Assembly (NCBI GenBank): GCA_965205215.1
Contig: OZ242041.1
Span: 32,001 to 96,000 of the forward strand
Direction: 5' to 3'
Length of the DNA stretch: 64,000 nucleotides
From: Nitrosopumilus sp.
GTDB taxonomy: Archaea; Thermoproteota; Nitrososphaeria; Nitrososphaerales; Nitrosopumilaceae
Part shown: one piece after another, positions 62,683 to 64,000 of the stretch
How positions within the stretch are numbered: position 1 is the first letter of the stretch
Layout: every line of letters starts with the position of its first letter
Translations under genes and position numbers: made by a program
The notes under the pieces: generated by a model
What the model saw: only the letters and a program-made list of their open reading frames with translations
What the model was told of the DNA's origin: nothing
The model's database searches: none

Positions 62683-64000
62683 CTAGACTATCGGGCTGCA
62701 TCCCTCAAAAGAGTCGAGCAGAGCAGTGGCCTGGCCGCTGTTTATCCGCTCAAATACCTCAAGTGACGCCGTCTTGTGCAGGTACTGGTTGTTGTTGCCG
62801 CACCTGTACGACATCGTGCACCGGGGGCATCCGGACTCTGCAGTGCAGGGGCACTCGCCCACTATGCGCGCCCCGCGCTCAAAGGCCGTCTCAAGCCTGT
62901 CGTATAGCGCCCTGCTTGCGCCGCTGCCGCCTATCACCCCGTCGTGCACGAATATCATCCCGGACGAGCCCATCGATATTCCGCCCAGGTTGCGGGAGGC
63001 CCCGCCCGTTATCATGTTGCTTCCCTCTATTACTACGTGCTCTGTGGCATGGTATCCGCTTGTCATGATGTACTCCTCCCCTTCAGGCCTCCCCGGGATT
63101 ATGGCGCTTTCACGCATGTCTTGTCCATGCATGCCCTGCCCCGTCACGTTCCTGCGCATCTCGTCGGTGGCCCTCTGGATCGTATCGTCCGGGGACGGCG
63201 CGCAGAATACGATTCCCTTTGTTACATACGTATATTCCAGAGGCCTGTCAAGCTCCACCGAGTCCGGCGCCACCACACTGTCCGGGTCGAGCCCCACGCT
63301 GTCCTCGTCGCCGTCCCGGCCGCGGTCCATCCAGTTGATCTTTACGTATCCGGTCACGGTCTTTTTTATGCGCAGCCTGCAGAACGCGGTCTCTATGCCG
63401 TTCACCATCCTCTTCTCCACGACCTCCTCTATACCGGGATACTCGGACGTGAGCGCCCTCGTGTAGTATGGGTGGTTCCGCGACAGCTCCTCTATGGCGG
63501 CATACTGCCTCTTTGGATAGTCAAACTCGGTTACCTCGTACGGTCTTCCCGCAAGAAAGTAGACTGCGCCCTCGTGTAGCTCCTCCAGCGCGATCGGGCA
63601 CACCCTGTCTGCCACCTTTCGGCCCCCGGATATGATGTCTATCGACTCGCCCATGCCCCTGATGCTGTACCTGTCAAGTACTCCTCCCGCCGCCCCGCCG
63701 CCCCTGCCCGGAACTATGGCGCCGCCCGCGCGCCTGAGGCGCCCCTGTGATATGTGCTGCCTGATGACCTCGGCGTGGGGCCCCTCCTCCTCCGGGGTGA
63801 TAGGCATGTCGTGCGCCATTGCCAGTATCTGGCACTCCTCGACGTAGGGGTTCCTTGGGTCGATGTACAGTTTCTCGGTATCCTCGAAATAGTCTCCGGG
63901 GTGGTTCCTGTAATACTGGGATATGGGATCGTTACCAAGCGCCAAAAACGCGTAGCCGCGCCGCCCCTCGCTTCTTGCCGCCCTTCCAATCCTCTGTATC
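62683..64000 (-). CDS. DEAD/DEAH helicase of Hrq1/YprA type with DUF1998 Zn domain (3' part; runs off the right edge)
   Basis: Motif VI QRIGRAAR at the window edge; HEGAVYF, HATEH, DGVIGGSG, CPCTAESGCPRC. Confidence 0.9.
   Translation of the reverse strand, partial: IQRIGRAARSEGRRGYAFLALGNDPISQYYRNHPGDYFEDTEKLYIDPRNPYVEECQILAMAHDMPITPEEEGPHAEVIRQHISQGRLRRAGGAIVPGRGGGAAGGVLDRYSIRGMGESIDIISGGRKVADRVCPIALEELHEGAVYFLAGRPYEVTEFDYPKRQYAAIEELSRNHPYYTRALTSEYPGIEEVVEKRMVNGIETAFCRLRIKKTVTGYVKINWMDRGRDGDEDSVGLDPDSVVAPDSVELDRPLEYTYVTKGIVFCAPSPDDTIQRATDEMRRNVTGQGMHGQDMRESAIIPGRPEGEEYIMTSGYHATEHVVIEGSNMITGGASRNLGGISMGSSGMIFVHDGVIGGSGASRALYDRLETAFERGARIVGECPCTAESGCPRCTMSYRCGNNNQYLHKTASLEVFERINSGQATALLDSFEGCSPIV

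Overview
GC-rich archaeal DNA, most likely an ammonia-oxidising thaumarchaeote (Nitrososphaerota). The evidence is a eukaryote-like topoisomerase IB, an intron-containing tRNA-Met and typical small conserved genes. A host-associated (e.g. sponge symbiont) lifestyle is inferred, not shown. Bases 1-50.3 kb hold a divergent island of five giant modular secreted proteins. The leftward arm is a translationally coupled chain C (5194 aa) -> B (3896 aa) -> small FN3 ORF -> A (partial). The rightward arm is a tandem pair D (3752 aa) and E (2471 aa). They are built from 5-blade and 7-blade beta-propeller repeats, DUF285/BspA-like 25-aa repeats, PKD-like, Ig-like and FN3-like modules. The AT-rich divergent intergenic region contains two inverted 28-bp dif-like sites (ATAA-TGCCCA-TTAT core, identical asymmetric 6-bp spacer) flanking 143 bp with TATA-like sequence. 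This is a candidate invertible promoter switch, and a tyrosine recombinase lies at the right edge of the island (52430-54007). Right of ~55 kb are housekeeping-type genes: zincin-like protein, SPFH protein, membrane wHTH protein, tRNA-Met, TopIB, SDR, AlkA and a partial Hrq1/YprA-like helicase. Domain names come from motif recognition by eye; no database searches were run.
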